A stretch of 64,000 bases of DNA from Planctomycetota bacterium (GCA_040755855.1 JBFMAD010000008.1:32001-96000); one strand, 5' to 3'. Positions 18,379 to 28,979 are shown, counted from the stretch's first letter. A program made the numbers and translations. Notes: generated by a model from the letters alone, not told the origin.

Positions 18379-20067
18379 TTGGTAGGATCCGTGGCAAGAC
18401 TTATTGTATTCAAAGGCACGAACGCAGAGATGGTGTACGAGCTCGGCGACGAACCGGTGACCGTAGGCCGACACCCGGACAACGTGGTCCATGTGCTGGA
18501 CGCGAAGGCGTCGCGGGAGCACTGCCGGATTGTAAAAATAGAGGATGGTTACGAGATCAGGGACAACAACAGCCGGAACGGGACGCTGGTGAACGGTGTT
18601 GCCGTGATGAAAGCGGCGTTGTCCAACGGAGATCGGATTCAGGTGGGAAATACGATCATGCACTTTGAGGGGGAAGATAGAGAGGAGCCAAGCACAGTAG
18701 TCATCACGGAGGAAGCGGAGAATTTCGATGGGACGGTGGTTGAGGCGGCGTTGAACGTGCGTGACGCGACGCTTCTGGACCCGGATACGCCCCGCCCGGA
18801 CCTGGGACACCTGCGCCGGGCCGAAAAGGCGCTGACGGTTCTGTATGAGGGGGCCCAACTGCTCAGTTCCGGCAAGGGCATGGGCGATCTGTTAGACGCC
18901 GTGACGGGACTGGCGCTGGACCTGACGGGCGGGGATCGGGCGTTCATCGCCCTCCTTCGCGGCGACGGCGCCTTGGAAATCCAGGCGGCCCGCCCCTCCC
19001 TGGAGGGTATCCCTCAGTCGGAGATTGCGATCAGCAAGACCATCGCCAACGTGGCGTTGGGCGAGAAGACTGCGGTGCTCTGCTCCGATGCGCAGCGGGA
19101 CATCCGCTTCCGCAACCAGCAGAGCATCTACATGCACCGGATTCGTTCGGTGCTTTATGTGCCGTTGACCGCACACGACAAGGTGCTGGGGATTCTGGGG
19201 GTGGACAATACGGACCCCCTCAAAAGATTCACGAAGGAAAATTTGCGGCATCTCTCCATCTTGGCGAACCATTCCGCGGCGGCCCTGGACAACCTGCGGC
19301 TGCAGGAGGAGGCCGTCCGGCAGAAGGTGATAGATCAACAGTTGGAGATTGCGCGGGAGATTCAGCAGAACTTCCTGCCGGCCGACCTGAATATCGTCCC
19401 CAAAATGGAAACGGCCGCGAGCAGTCTGCCGGCCATGCTCGTGGGGGGGGACTTCTACGATTGCATCCCGCTGGACGGAAACCGCACGGTTCTTTCCATC
19501 GGCGATGTGGCGGGCAAGGGCATCCCCGCCGCGCTGTGCATGGGGCGGCTAATGGGCGACATCCGAGCCATGGTTGTGCACCATGAAGCCCCGTGCGAAA
19601 TCCTTGCCGCCCTGAACCAGTCCTTCCTCAAGAGGAGCACGCGGGGCATGTTCATCAGTCTGATTCTGATGGTCGTGGATTCCTATACCATGTCCTGCAC
19701 CATCTGCAACGCAGGACACCCGATGCCGATTATTTTGCGGAGCGGTTGCCCTTCCCCGGAATTCATCGAGGAACGCGGCGGCCCCACGCTGGGAATCGCC
19801 GACAGGGCCGAGTATGTGGACTATACCTTCTCGGTCGCGCCCGGGGACATCCTCTTTCTATATACCGACGGACTCATCGAGGCGCACAGCGGCTCCGAGG
19901 AGTTTTTCGGCATTGAGCGGCTGGCGGATGCGGTCCTCGCCTGCCGCGATATGAGGTGCGCAGAGATCATCCAGACGGTCTTCGATCGCGTGACGGCTTT
20001 CGCGGGCACGGAGACGATCCCCGACGACCTGACGACGATGGTCCTTCGCGTGCAGGAAAAGGCGTAG
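18379..20067 (+). CDS. FHA-GAF-PP2C (SpoIIE-like) Ser/Thr phosphatase
   Basis: FHA motifs VGRH, ASREH, SRNGTLVNG; GAF domain; PP2C motifs GGDFYD, IGDVAGKG, LYTDGL, DDLT; start may be GTG 18391. Confidence 0.9.
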   Translation: MVGSVARLIVFKGTNAEMVYELGDEPVTVGRHPDNVVHVLDAKASREHCRIVKIEDGYEIRDNNSRNGTLVNGVAVMKAALSNGDRIQVGNTIMHFEGEDREEPSTVVITEEAENFDGTVVEAALNVRDATLLDPDTPRPDLGHLRRAEKALTVLYEGAQLLSSGKGMGDLLDAVTGLALDLTGGDRAFIALLRGDGALEIQAARPSLEGIPQSEIAISKTIANVALGEKTAVLCSDAQRDIRFRNQQSIYMHRIRSVLYVPLTAHDKVLGILGVDNTDPLKRFTKENLRHLSILANHSAAALDNLRLQEEAVRQKVIDQQLEIAREIQQNFLPADLNIVPKMETAASSLPAMLVGGDFYDCIPLDGNRTVLSIGDVAGKGIPAALCMGRLMGDIRAMVVHHEAPCEILAALNQSFLKRSTRGMFISLILMVVDSYTMSCTICNAGHPMPIILRSGCPSPEFIEERGGPTLGIADRAEYVDYTFSVAPGDILFLYTDGLIEAHSGSEEFFGIERLADAVLACRDMRCAEIIQTVFDRVTAFAGTETIPDDLTTMVLRVQEKA

Positions 20068-21337
20068 GCGGTTTCTTCGCGCCGCGTGTCTTGTTCAAGG
20101 CGCCTCTGACGTGCTCGACATCGCCGGGCTTGAGGCCCTTCGCGGCGCGGGGGAGGTAGAGGTCGAATGTGGTTCCCACGCCCGGCGTGGATTTCACGGC
20201 AATATGGCCGCCATGGTTCCTGATGATGGAGTAACACGTCGTCAGGCCGAGGCCGGTCCCGGTTTGTTTTGTGGTGAAGTAGGGGTCAAAGATGTTCTCG
20301 ATATATTTCTCCGGAATGCCGACCCCCTCATCCGCGATTCGGATCTTGATATAATCCCCCGCAGCAAACGGCAACCTGCCGTCTGCCGCCAGACTAACGT
20401 TTTCGGCGCTCACCCGGATGACCCCGCCCTGCGGCATGGCCTGCACGGCGTTGAGCACGATGTTGCTGACGGCCTGTCCGATCTGGCCCGAATCGGCCTC
20501 CACAAGCCACAGCCCATCGGGGACGGAGAAGTCGCATCGGCAACGAGAACCGCTCACGGCCAATGATGCCGCGTCAATGATCTCCCCGCCGAGGGCGACG
20601 ATCCTCTTCACCGACATCCCCCCCTTGGCAAAGGTCAGCAACTGGCGCGTCAGGTCCTTTGCGCGCATGGCGGCCCTCTCGGCCTCCGCAAGGCGATCGA
20701 GGATTTTCCCTTTGGGGTCGGTCAGCACTTTCGCCAGAGAGATGTTGCCAATCACGCCGGTGAGGATGTTGTTAAAATCATGGGCAATTCCACCGGCGAG
20801 AACCCCGAGCGATTCTAACTTGCGGGCGCGGAGAATCTCCGCCTCCATCTGCTTTCGAGCTGTGATGTCGCGGATCACCGTCACCACTCCCACCGTCTGC
20901 GTTCCCTCCACGATCGGGATCTTCCGCGTTTCGGTGTTAATCGCAAGGTCGCCGACCACGTTGTCCTCCTCGGTGACCAGGACCTGGCCGGACTCCAGAA
21001 CCTGACGGTACTCCGCGAGAACTTCCTCGGGAAGGAATGGGAAGACTTCAAACACCGTCTTCCCGATCATGTCCTCGTCAAGCTTCAGTTCGTGTATCCA
21101 CTCGCGGAGCGCCCTGTTGGCCAACCGGATCCGTAGGTTGCGGTCCACCACATGAATGGCGTCGCCCATGGCGTCCAGCGTGGAGCGATACTGCCGTTCC
21201 GACTCCCCCAGCGCCTCCCGCGGAGCAGCCCTGACCATCCCGCGGTCAGCCTGCGCGGACTGAAACCCGGCGAGTTGCCTTCGCAGTTTCCTCAGTTCCG
21301 AGAGGAGTTCGGCCTTGTTCTTCTGCTTGTCGGACAT
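19967..21337 (-). CDS. PAS-domain sensor histidine kinase (no receiver domain)
   Basis: PAS domain; H-box LAGGIAHDFNNIL; N-box NIVLNA; DEGVG; FDPYFTTK; GTGLGL. Confidence 0.85.
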   Translation of the reverse strand: MSDKQKNKAELLSELRKLRRQLAGFQSAQADRGMVRAAPREALGESERQYRSTLDAMGDAIHVVDRNLRIRLANRALREWIHELKLDEDMIGKTVFEVFPFLPEEVLAEYRQVLESGQVLVTEEDNVVGDLAINTETRKIPIVEGTQTVGVVTVIRDITARKQMEAEILRARKLESLGVLAGGIAHDFNNILTGVIGNISLAKVLTDPKGKILDRLAEAERAAMRAKDLTRQLLTFAKGGMSVKRIVALGGEIIDAASLAVSGSRCRCDFSVPDGLWLVEADSGQIGQAVSNIVLNAVQAMPQGGVIRVSAENVSLAADGRLPFAAGDYIKIRIADEGVGIPEKYIENIFDPYFTTKQTGTGLGLTTCYSIIRNHGGHIAVKSTPGVGTTFDLYLPRAAKGLKPGDVEHVRGALNKTRGAKKPPTPFPAREGPSSSGRRGSSPCPRKPSRDRRPSG

Positions 21338-21606
21338 GGCGCTCCCCTTGCCGTTCAAAGACGAAAAAACCCAATCATCGTCCACAGAAATGATGATTGG
21401 GTCGAAATGGATGGGTTAGACATAGCCGATGTCCTCATGCGATGGAAAATACACTATCATGCGGTTTCCACCGCCTCCCCACATCGGCACGGGCCCCGTC
21501 GGGCACCCCTTTTCATGGTATCCTATCCATAGGGGACCTATACGTCAAGAGGATTTTATCGGGAGTTTTCCGATGAATCGCAGGGAGACGCCTTGCCCTC
21601 CTGCCG

Positions 21607-21635
21607 TTGACTTGCCGCGCCCTATGCCGTATACT
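21607..21635 (+). promoter_or_regulatory. sigma70-like promoter
   Basis: TTGACT-17-TATACT. Confidence 0.65.
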
Positions 21636-21660
21636 GAAAGACAGAAAGGTGTCCATACGC

Positions 21661-22623
21661 ATGTTCAATGAACCCTGGTTCCAGCAGCTAAGGTATTACC
21701 CGTTCAGCCAATACCTGAAGAAGCGGTTCGGCTGCAGGGTGCATAAGGTCACGCTCCACGCGGGATTCACCTGCCCCAACCGCGACGGCAGGTGCGGCGT
21801 GGGAGGCTGCATCTACTGCGTGAACCAGAGCTTCAGCCCGGTGGCCGGCAAGGGGAACATGCCCATCCGGGAACAGATGAAAAAGGGCATGAAATTCCTC
21901 CGACGACGATCCGGCGCGCAGAAGTTCATCGCCTACTTTCAACCCTTTTCAAACACATATGCCGACGTGGCCACGCTGAAGGCCCGCTACGACGCTGCCC
22001 TGTGCGACGACGACATCGTCGGCATCTCCATCGGCACCCGGCCGGACTGCGTCCCCGACGAGGCACTCGATCTCGTCCAGAGCTACACCGCCCGATATGA
22101 GGTGTGGCTGGAATATGGCATCCAGAGCATTCACGAGCAAACGCTCCGTCGGATCAACCGGGGGCACTTCTTTGACGCCTTCGAGGACGCCGTGCGGCGG
22201 ACGCAGGGGAGGGGGATCAAGATCTGCGCCCATACGATTCTTGGGCTGCCGGGCGAGACCCGAGAGGATATGATTGAGACGTCGCGCGCTGTCAGCGACC
22301 TCGGCATAGACGGCGTAAAGTTGCACCACCTCTACGTGGCCAAGGGGACTCCTCTGCACGAGATGTATGATCGCGGGGAGGTGCAAGTCATGAGCGCAGA
22401 GGAGTACATCCCGCTGGTCTGCGACTGCCTCGAGGTGATCCGGTCCGACGTGGCCATCCAGCGGCTCGTGGGGGATACCCACGGCGGGATGCTGGTGGCT
22501 CCCATCTGGCCGCAGAAGAAGAGCGAGGTATTCGCCGCCATATCGGCGGAGTTGAGGCGGCGCGATTCCTGCCAGGGCGCGCGCTGCGGGACCTCGGTAT
22601 CGGCCCATGCCCTTGCGAAATGA
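21661..22623 (+). CDS. radical SAM protein, TIGR01212 (YhcC/YtqA) family
   Basis: GFTCPNRDG...GGCIYC, AYFQPFSNTY, IGTRPDC and ILGLPGE motifs. Confidence 0.9.
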   Translation: MFNEPWFQQLRYYPFSQYLKKRFGCRVHKVTLHAGFTCPNRDGRCGVGGCIYCVNQSFSPVAGKGNMPIREQMKKGMKFLRRRSGAQKFIAYFQPFSNTYADVATLKARYDAALCDDDIVGISIGTRPDCVPDEALDLVQSYTARYEVWLEYGIQSIHEQTLRRINRGHFFDAFEDAVRRTQGRGIKICAHTILGLPGETREDMIETSRAVSDLGIDGVKLHHLYVAKGTPLHEMYDRGEVQVMSAEEYIPLVCDCLEVIRSDVAIQRLVGDTHGGMLVAPIWPQKKSEVFAAISAELRRRDSCQGARCGTSVSAHALAK

Positions 22624-23373
22624 TCAAGACCCCGTCGTAAGCCACAAGTTCCCGTCGTTGCCGTTGGCATTGGACCGCAACTTGTTGTTGAACCAGGTGT
22701 CCGTCGAGCCGTCGGGCACGTAGGCCGCTGTGTAGTCGGTTAGGGGTGCGGTGAACCCGGTGTATGAGGTGGCGTTCATCTTGGTCGAGTAAACCTCGCC
22801 TATCTCGTTCACCGCATAAGTTCGGCTCCCCGTCGCGCCCAGTTCCACTGGCCATGCATAACAGACAAAACTGTTTTCCTGAATCGTGATGGCCGCAAAT
22901 TGGGTGGCGTCTGCGGGATCGAAGATGGGTCCGCCCTGTCCCGATGCGTTTCCCGTTCCACCGAGGGTGCGGTCATCCCCCGCGGTGGTGTCCGTATCGG
23001 CCAGGAACATCCTGTAGAGATAGCCCGACGCCTCCGCCGTTCCATTCCCATTGGCCCCGGCGGTGGAGAAGTTCATGGAGATGTAGGTGGGATAGACCGC
23101 GCCGGCGGCCTTTGTGCTGCGCGGCGTGATCTCGCCGCACAGCTCCGAGAGCAGCCCGGCCTCGCCGTTGCCGTCCCAGTCCTGATCCACCTCCTCCTGC
23201 AAGTGAAATAGCGCCTGTTGCGTTGCAATGGTCTTGAGGTTGCCCACAGCGGACGACTCATTGGCCGACATGCGGGCGCGAAGGACGTTCGGAACGGCCA
23301 CCGAAGCGATCACGGCGATAATGGCCACAACGATCATCAATTCGATGAGTGTGAAGCCGTGGCGCCTGTTCAT
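22624..23373 (-). CDS. type IV pilin/pseudopilin-like protein (prepilin N-methylation motif)
   Basis: HG|FTLIELMIVVAIIAVIASVAVP; ANESSA; SGYLY and YAWP...G.TG.RT motifs. Confidence 0.85.
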   Translation of the reverse strand: MNRRHGFTLIELMIVVAIIAVIASVAVPNVLRARMSANESSAVGNLKTIATQQALFHLQEEVDQDWDGNGEAGLLSELCGEITPRSTKAAGAVYPTYISMNFSTAGANGNGTAEASGYLYRMFLADTDTTAGDDRTLGGTGNASGQGGPIFDPADATQFAAITIQENSFVCYAWPVELGATGSRTYAVNEIGEVYSTKMNATSYTGFTAPLTDYTAAYVPDGSTDTWFNNKLRSNANGNDGNLWLTTGS

Positions 23374-23452
23374 GGCTTGGGTCCCTTTCAGCACAGCAGA
23401 CACGATACAAGAGAAATGTCGCGGGAATCAGACAGATTCCTGCTTGCACATG

Positions 23453-23468
23453 TGCAAATATGGGGCCA
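23453..23468 (-). promoter_or_regulatory. sigma54-type (-24/-12) promoter of the pilin-like gene
   Basis: Minus strand TGGCCCCATATTTGCA (GG-N10-GC), 80 bp upstream of the ATG, next to an AT-rich tract. Confidence 0.55.
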
Positions 23469-23838
23469 AAGAGCTGCCTATATCATAAATGATTTGTACA
23501 TAGCATGTTATGAAAATATATTTATGCGGGCGGGCCAGGTGCGCTCATGTGCGCAATATACGCGTTTATGATACCGTTGTAGTAATCGAGCGCCCGAATT
23601 GCGCACGGCCATAGGGTAAGATGGTGTTGGACTGGGCCAATGATTGGGGATGGATTTTCCGATGGCAAGCGGCTGGTCCAGCGCAAGGAGCGCAATCCGG
23701 CGGATGTGGAATGGGTTTGAAACCAGCGTTGCGTGGGCCGCGAGGTCGGGATTTTGTTTGAAATGGCATTATGGCTCTGTTATGCTACGAATGAGTTTTG
23801 TGTTTCTACTTCCCCTCGGTATGGATAACAGCGGCGCG

Positions 23839-24129
23839 GTGAATAAGAAGCTCTTGGACATTCTGGCGTGTCCGTGGTGCCTCGGAGATCTGGACCTGGC
23901 GGGGGGCAATCTGACCTGCCGGAGATGCCGGACGGTCTATACGATTGAAGACGATATTCCCAATATGCTCGTGCCCGAGGCGCGGGTCTTCTGCCCCCTG
24001 TGCCACAAGGAAATGGAGAAGATCGAGGAGTACGCCTGTTGCGCGAAATGTGGCAGGAAGTTCTCCATGGAGCAGCGGATCGAGGGCAACATGAGCGACC
24101 ATGCCGAGCCATATGCCGAAAAATCCTGA
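23839..24129 (+). CDS. Trm112-family protein with an extra zinc ribbon
   Basis: LLDILACPWC...C..C..VY.IEDDIPNML followed by CPLC...CAKC; start may be ATG 23821. Confidence 0.75.
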   Translation: MNKKLLDILACPWCLGDLDLAGGNLTCRRCRTVYTIEDDIPNMLVPEARVFCPLCHKEMEKIEEYACCAKCGRKFSMEQRIEGNMSDHAEPYAEKS

Positions 24130-24206
24130 CAACTGGCGGGAGCGGCAAGACCAACAGCCAAACACACGTGCCCGGGATTGCCCCGTGAGGTGCCCTATAT
24201 TCACCG

Positions 24207-24980
24207 ATGTCTGACCTACAGGCGATAATTTCCGATGTTCACGGCAACTTCGAGGCCATGAAAGCGGTCCTCGACGATATCCTATCGAAGAACATCACCG
24301 ATATCGTCTGCCTGGGCGACCTCGTCGGCTATGGGCCGAATCCGAAAGAGTGCATTGACTATGCAACTAACTTCCGCATCACCATGATCGGCAACCACGA
24401 GGAGGCCCTCATGGAGGAGTTGCGAACGAGCGGATTCAATCCCAAGGCGTCCGGATCGCGGAACTGGACCTATGAGCAACTCAATCTGTTCGACGAGGAA
24501 CACAGGGAGGAAAACGCCAAGCGCTGGGATTTCATCGGCGAGATGAAGGAGATCTACACCGAAGGCGATGTCATGTATGTTCACGCCTCGCCCTGCGATC
24601 CCACGCGTGAGTATATCTACCAGCGGGACATCGCCCAGCCGGTAAAGATGAAACGGATCTTCATGGAGATCGAGCACATCTGCTTTGTGGGACACACACA
24701 CCAGCCGGGCATCTTCACGGAGGACATGGCCTATTTCTCCCCGAAGGACCTTCCCAAGATCTGCAAACTGCCCCCTGGCAAGAAAACCATCGTCAACGTC
24801 GGGTCCGTCGGCCAGCCGCGCGATTTTGACGTCCGCGCCTGCTATGTCGTGTTTGATCCTAAGTCCAAAGCCATTGCCTACCGGAGAGTCGCATACGATG
24901 TGGAACGCACCGCGCAAAAGATCTTCGAGACAGACGGCCTCGACGACACGCTCGGACAGCGCCTCCTGGCAGGACGGTGA
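24207..24980 (+). CDS. calcineurin-like metallophosphoesterase
   Basis: ISDVHGN, LGDLVGYG, GNHE, GHTH and NVGSVGQPRD motifs. Confidence 0.9.
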   Translation: MSDLQAIISDVHGNFEAMKAVLDDILSKNITDIVCLGDLVGYGPNPKECIDYATNFRITMIGNHEEALMEELRTSGFNPKASGSRNWTYEQLNLFDEEHREENAKRWDFIGEMKEIYTEGDVMYVHASPCDPTREYIYQRDIAQPVKMKRIFMEIEHICFVGHTHQPGIFTEDMAYFSPKDLPKICKLPPGKKTIVNVGSVGQPRDFDVRACYVVFDPKSKAIAYRRVAYDVERTAQKIFETDGLDDTLGQRLLAGR

Positions 24981-24983
24981 CCC

Positions 24984-25649
24984 GTGGATGAGGTGAAAAA
25001 AGCCAGGGCCGAACTCGTTGAAATCGGCCGACTCATCGAGCGGAAGGACCTCATCGTGGGACCCGGCGGCAACACCAGCGTCCGCGTCGGCGACGTCATC
25101 TATGTCAAGGCCTCCGGCAAGTCCTTCGAGGAAGCGATCGAGTCCGACTATGTCGGCGTGGACCTCCACACGGGCAAGCTGGTAGACGGCGACCTTAAGC
25201 CCACGTCCGAAATCGCCATGCACCGGGGCTGCTACCTCGTCCGGGAGGATATCCGCGCCGTCGTCCACACCCATCCGCCCTTCGCCATGGGGGTGGCAAG
25301 CGCCGGGAAGACCATCGAGCCCCTCTGCCCCGACTACGTGGCCCTCATCGGCAGGGCCATCCCCCTCGTGGACTATGTGGTCCCCACCGGCCAGGAGATC
25401 GCCGACGCCGTCGTCCCCGTCATCAAGGAGCACAATGCGGCGCTCCTCGCCAACCACGGCGTGGTTGCCGTGGGGCGGAACCTGCGGGAGGCCTATTATC
25501 GAAACCTCTTCGTCGAATCGGCGGCCAAGGCGCTGGTAGCCGCGGAGGTCGTTGGAACCCTCCGCCCCCTGACCGACGAGGAAGTCGCCGAGATTGACGG
25601 ACTCGCCACCGAGAAATATCGTAGAGACCTTCTGAAGGACCAACGTTGA
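24984..25649 (+). CDS. class II aldolase/adducin family (FucA-like)
   Basis: GGNTS, PTSE..MH, VVHTH and LLANHG motifs. Confidence 0.9.
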   Translation: MDEVKKARAELVEIGRLIERKDLIVGPGGNTSVRVGDVIYVKASGKSFEEAIESDYVGVDLHTGKLVDGDLKPTSEIAMHRGCYLVREDIRAVVHTHPPFAMGVASAGKTIEPLCPDYVALIGRAIPLVDYVVPTGQEIADAVVPVIKEHNAALLANHGVVAVGRNLREAYYRNLFVESAAKALVAAEVVGTLRPLTDEEVAEIDGLATEKYRRDLLKDQR

Positions 25650-25675
25650 TCCGCCCATCTTCCCCAGAGAGTTGA

Positions 25676-27565
25676 ATGGATAGAAACACACTACTTGCCC
25701 TTGTGCTGTCCGCCCTCGTGCTGATCCTCTGGCAATGCTTCGTCGTCCCCCGCTACGCCCCGCCGCCGAAGCCGGAGGAGGAAAGCGCCGTCGCAGACAA
25801 GGAACCCGCCGCGCCGCCGCAGAGCGAGACGCAACCAGCAACCACCGAAAAGAAGCCCGAACCGAAGGAAAAAGCCCTGGAGCAGGAACCGGAACAGCCG
25901 GCGACTCAGGAATCAAAGCAATCGAAGAAGATCGAGGGCCTGCCCGAGGCCGAACCCCAGGACGACATCGAGCTGGACGCCCCGGGATCGAAACTGATGA
26001 CCGCCTGGACCAACCAGGGCGCCGCCCTCAAGCGGTTGACCTTCCGGGACTACTACACCGACGTGGAGCATACCGAGAACCTGACCCTCCTGAAACCGAT
26101 CGAGAACGCACCGCTGTCATTGACCCTCACAAACGTCATGATGGTCTCCGGCGAGGACATCAACAGCCCCGTGGAGGAGGGCTACAGCCTGGACCTGGAC
26201 CGGCGCGCCTATCATGTGGCCCGAGAGGACGGAAAGTTGACCTTCACCACCGGCTTCCAGAACGGCCTCGAGGTCGTCAAGTGCTTCGAACTCGATCCGG
26301 CCACATACCACCTGAACGCCGCGCTTGCCTTCCGGAACAAGGGGAAGGAACCCGTCAAATTGCAGTACAGCATCGTCGCCTCCGGCCCCATCGTCCCGGA
26401 CGACCTCTCCGGGATGAATCTCTACGCTTTCGCTGCAACGATGGACGACGCCGGCCGCGTCGGGGTCCAAAAGGTCCATGCCGGAAAGCTCCCCAAGGGG
26501 GCCTTCGCCGTTGAGGGAGAGGCCATAGATATCCTCTGGGCCGGCTGCGACAACATGTATTTCGCCGCCGCGCTCCAGCCCCAACAGGGACCGGAGGAGA
26601 AATGGGTCTACCGCGCCGTGGGGTCGGCCTTTGAGCAAACCCTCCCGCCGCGAGCGCCCAACGAGAAGGGCCAGACCATTCACAACGCCACAATGACGCT
26701 GACCTCCTACCCCGTCGTCATCCAGCCGGGCAAGGAGGCCGTCCATCGCTTCGCCTACTTCGTCGGCCCCAAGGACAAAGACATCCTCGCCAAGCAGGGC
26801 TGGGCACATATGACCGATCTCGTGGACTTTGGCATGTTCGGGCTGATCAGCAGACTGCTCCTCTGGCTCCTGGACAGGTTTTACGCCCTGATCCCAAACT
26901 ACGGATGGGGCATCATCTTCATCACGGTCGTCGTCAAGATCTGTCTCCATCCCCTGTCTCGCAAGACCCAGATCTCCATGCACCGCATGCAGAAGCTCCA
27001 GCCCCTCATCAACGAACTGAAGGAAAAACTCAAGAACGACCCGCAACGTCTCCAGAGGGAACAGTGGGAACTCTTTCGGAAGTACCGCGTCAATCCCTTC
27101 GGCGGCTGCCTGCCCATGTTCATCCAGATTCCCGTCTTTCTCGGCCTCTTCCGCGCCTTGCAGCTCAGCATCGTCTTCCGGCAGGCGGACTTTGTACTCT
27201 GGATCAAGGACCTCTCCCAGCCAGATCGCCTTGCCATCCTTCCCTTCCAACTGCCCTTCCTCGGTAACGAATTGAACGTCCTGCCTATCCTGATGACCGC
27301 CACTTGGCTCATCCAGCAGGGGACCATGCCCAAGCCCGCCGACCCCCAGCAGGCCCAGCAGCAGAAGATCATGATGTTCATGCCCGTCATGTTCGGCTTC
27401 ATGCTCTACAGCATGGCATCCGGCCTGACTCTCTATTGGATGACCAGCACCCTCCTCGGCATCTTTGAGCAGATGTATATCAAGCGACTCATCGCCCGGA
27501 TGCCCGACCTGGAACCGGTGGAAGAAGCAAAGCCGCCCAAGAAATCTCTGCGCCGCGGGAGATAG
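25676..27565 (+). CDS. yidC: membrane protein insertase YidC
   Basis: N-terminal TM helix, large periplasmic domain, DFG.F, NYGWGII, GGCLPMFIQIP, WIKDLS.PD and GLTLYW. Confidence 0.95.
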   Translation: MDRNTLLALVLSALVLILWQCFVVPRYAPPPKPEEESAVADKEPAAPPQSETQPATTEKKPEPKEKALEQEPEQPATQESKQSKKIEGLPEAEPQDDIELDAPGSKLMTAWTNQGAALKRLTFRDYYTDVEHTENLTLLKPIENAPLSLTLTNVMMVSGEDINSPVEEGYSLDLDRRAYHVAREDGKLTFTTGFQNGLEVVKCFELDPATYHLNAALAFRNKGKEPVKLQYSIVASGPIVPDDLSGMNLYAFAATMDDAGRVGVQKVHAGKLPKGAFAVEGEAIDILWAGCDNMYFAAALQPQQGPEEKWVYRAVGSAFEQTLPPRAPNEKGQTIHNATMTLTSYPVVIQPGKEAVHRFAYFVGPKDKDILAKQGWAHMTDLVDFGMFGLISRLLLWLLDRFYALIPNYGWGIIFITVVVKICLHPLSRKTQISMHRMQKLQPLINELKEKLKNDPQRLQREQWELFRKYRVNPFGGCLPMFIQIPVFLGLFRALQLSIVFRQADFVLWIKDLSQPDRLAILPFQLPFLGNELNVLPILMTATWLIQQGTMPKPADPQQAQQQKIMMFMPVMFGFMLYSMASGLTLYWMTSTLLGIFEQMYIKRLIARMPDLEPVEEAKPPKKSLRRGR

Positions 27566-27569
27566 GGAG

Positions 27570-28979
27570 ATGGTCCTCCCCAGAACCCATCCTGCTGCGG
27601 AGGACACCATCGTTGCCATCTCCTCCCCCGCCGGCTCATCGCCCCGCGCCATCATCCGTCTCAGCGGACCCAGTGCCCTGCGCGCCGCAGGAGATGTGTT
27701 CCACAGCAGCACAAACCGCGCCGTCGCCGCCATGACGACCTACAACTCCGCCGAGGGTCATGTTGCGCTGCCGAACGAGGGAGTTCATGCCCCGGCTGTC
27801 CTCTATGTGATGAAAGCCCCCTGGTCGTACACCCGCGAGGACGTGGTCGAGATTCACACGATCGGCGCAGCGCCCCTTATCGAGATGATCCTTGAGAGCC
27901 TGCTCCGCCGCGGGGCGCGGCTCGCCGAGGCGGGCGAGTTCACCCGCCGCGCCCTCCTCCACGGTCGCATCAACCTCGCCCAGGCCGAGAGCGTTATGGC
28001 CGTCATCCGCGCACGTTCGGAGGCGGAGCTTCGCGCCGCCGTCGTCTGTCTGCGGGGCAAGTGGACCGAGCAGGTCGCGGAGATCCAGTCCCACCTCGCC
28101 GACCTGTGCGCCCGCGTGGAATTGATGATTGACTTCTCCGACCAGGACATTGCCCCCTTCTCCCGCAAACAGTTGCGGGCTGAACTGGACGACGTGAAAA
28201 AGAGGCTTGACGCCTTTTCCGCACAGACGGAAGGCGGCGCGATTCGGACCGATGCGGTATCCACCGTAATCTACGGCCGGCCGAACGTCGGCAAATCCAG
28301 CCTCATGAACGCCCTCGGCGTGAGTCGGCGCGCCATCGTCAGCCCCGCCCCCGGCACGACGCGGGACACGGTGCAGAATCTCGTTGACATCAACGGCGTC
28401 CGCTTCCGGTTCATTGACACTGCCGGGTTGCGGGACGCGACCGACGAAGTCGAGGCCCTCGCCACAGCGCGCGCCCGCGAGGCCGCCCGGACCGCCGATC
28501 TCGGCCTGCTGGTCCTCGACGGCAGCGCGCCCTTGAGTCCCGAGGAGCGCGAGATCGCCGAGCAGGTCTCGCCGCCGACCGTGATTGCCGTCATCAATAA
28601 ATGCGACCTGCCCCAGAAGCTGGGCCTCGCGGAGGTGCGATCCCTGCCGCGGGTAGGAGAGGTCCTCATCACGTCCGCCCTCACGGGCGCGGGCATCGCC
28701 GAGTTGAAGGGGGCAATGGTGAACGCCGTGGCCGCGGGGCGGGTGGATCGCTCCGCCGGCGCGGCTGCTGTCAATGCGCGGCATCGCGATGTGATCCGGC
28801 GGGCCACGGACGCCCTTCGGCGGGCCGAAGATGGCCTGCGCCCGGACGCCGAGCTGGAGCCGGAGTTGACGGCCTTTGAGCTGCGCGACGCCCTCTCGAT
28901 CCTCGGAGAAATCGCAGGGGAAGTGACGCCTGACGACCTGCTGGACCGTATATTTTCGCAATTTTGCATCGGCAAGTAG
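27570..28979 (+). CDS. mnmE: tRNA modification GTPase MnmE
   Basis: DTIVAISS, SYTREDVVE, GEFTRRA, GRPNVGKSS, GTTRD, DTAG, NKCD and C-terminal FCIGK. Confidence 0.95.
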   Translation: MVLPRTHPAAEDTIVAISSPAGSSPRAIIRLSGPSALRAAGDVFHSSTNRAVAAMTTYNSAEGHVALPNEGVHAPAVLYVMKAPWSYTREDVVEIHTIGAAPLIEMILESLLRRGARLAEAGEFTRRALLHGRINLAQAESVMAVIRARSEAELRAAVVCLRGKWTEQVAEIQSHLADLCARVELMIDFSDQDIAPFSRKQLRAELDDVKKRLDAFSAQTEGGAIRTDAVSTVIYGRPNVGKSSLMNALGVSRRAIVSPAPGTTRDTVQNLVDINGVRFRFIDTAGLRDATDEVEALATARAREAARTADLGLLVLDGSAPLSPEEREIAEQVSPPTVIAVINKCDLPQKLGLAEVRSLPRVGEVLITSALTGAGIAELKGAMVNAVAAGRVDRSAGAAAVNARHRDVIRRATDALRRAEDGLRPDAELEPELTAFELRDALSILGEIAGEVTPDDLLDRIFSQFCIGK

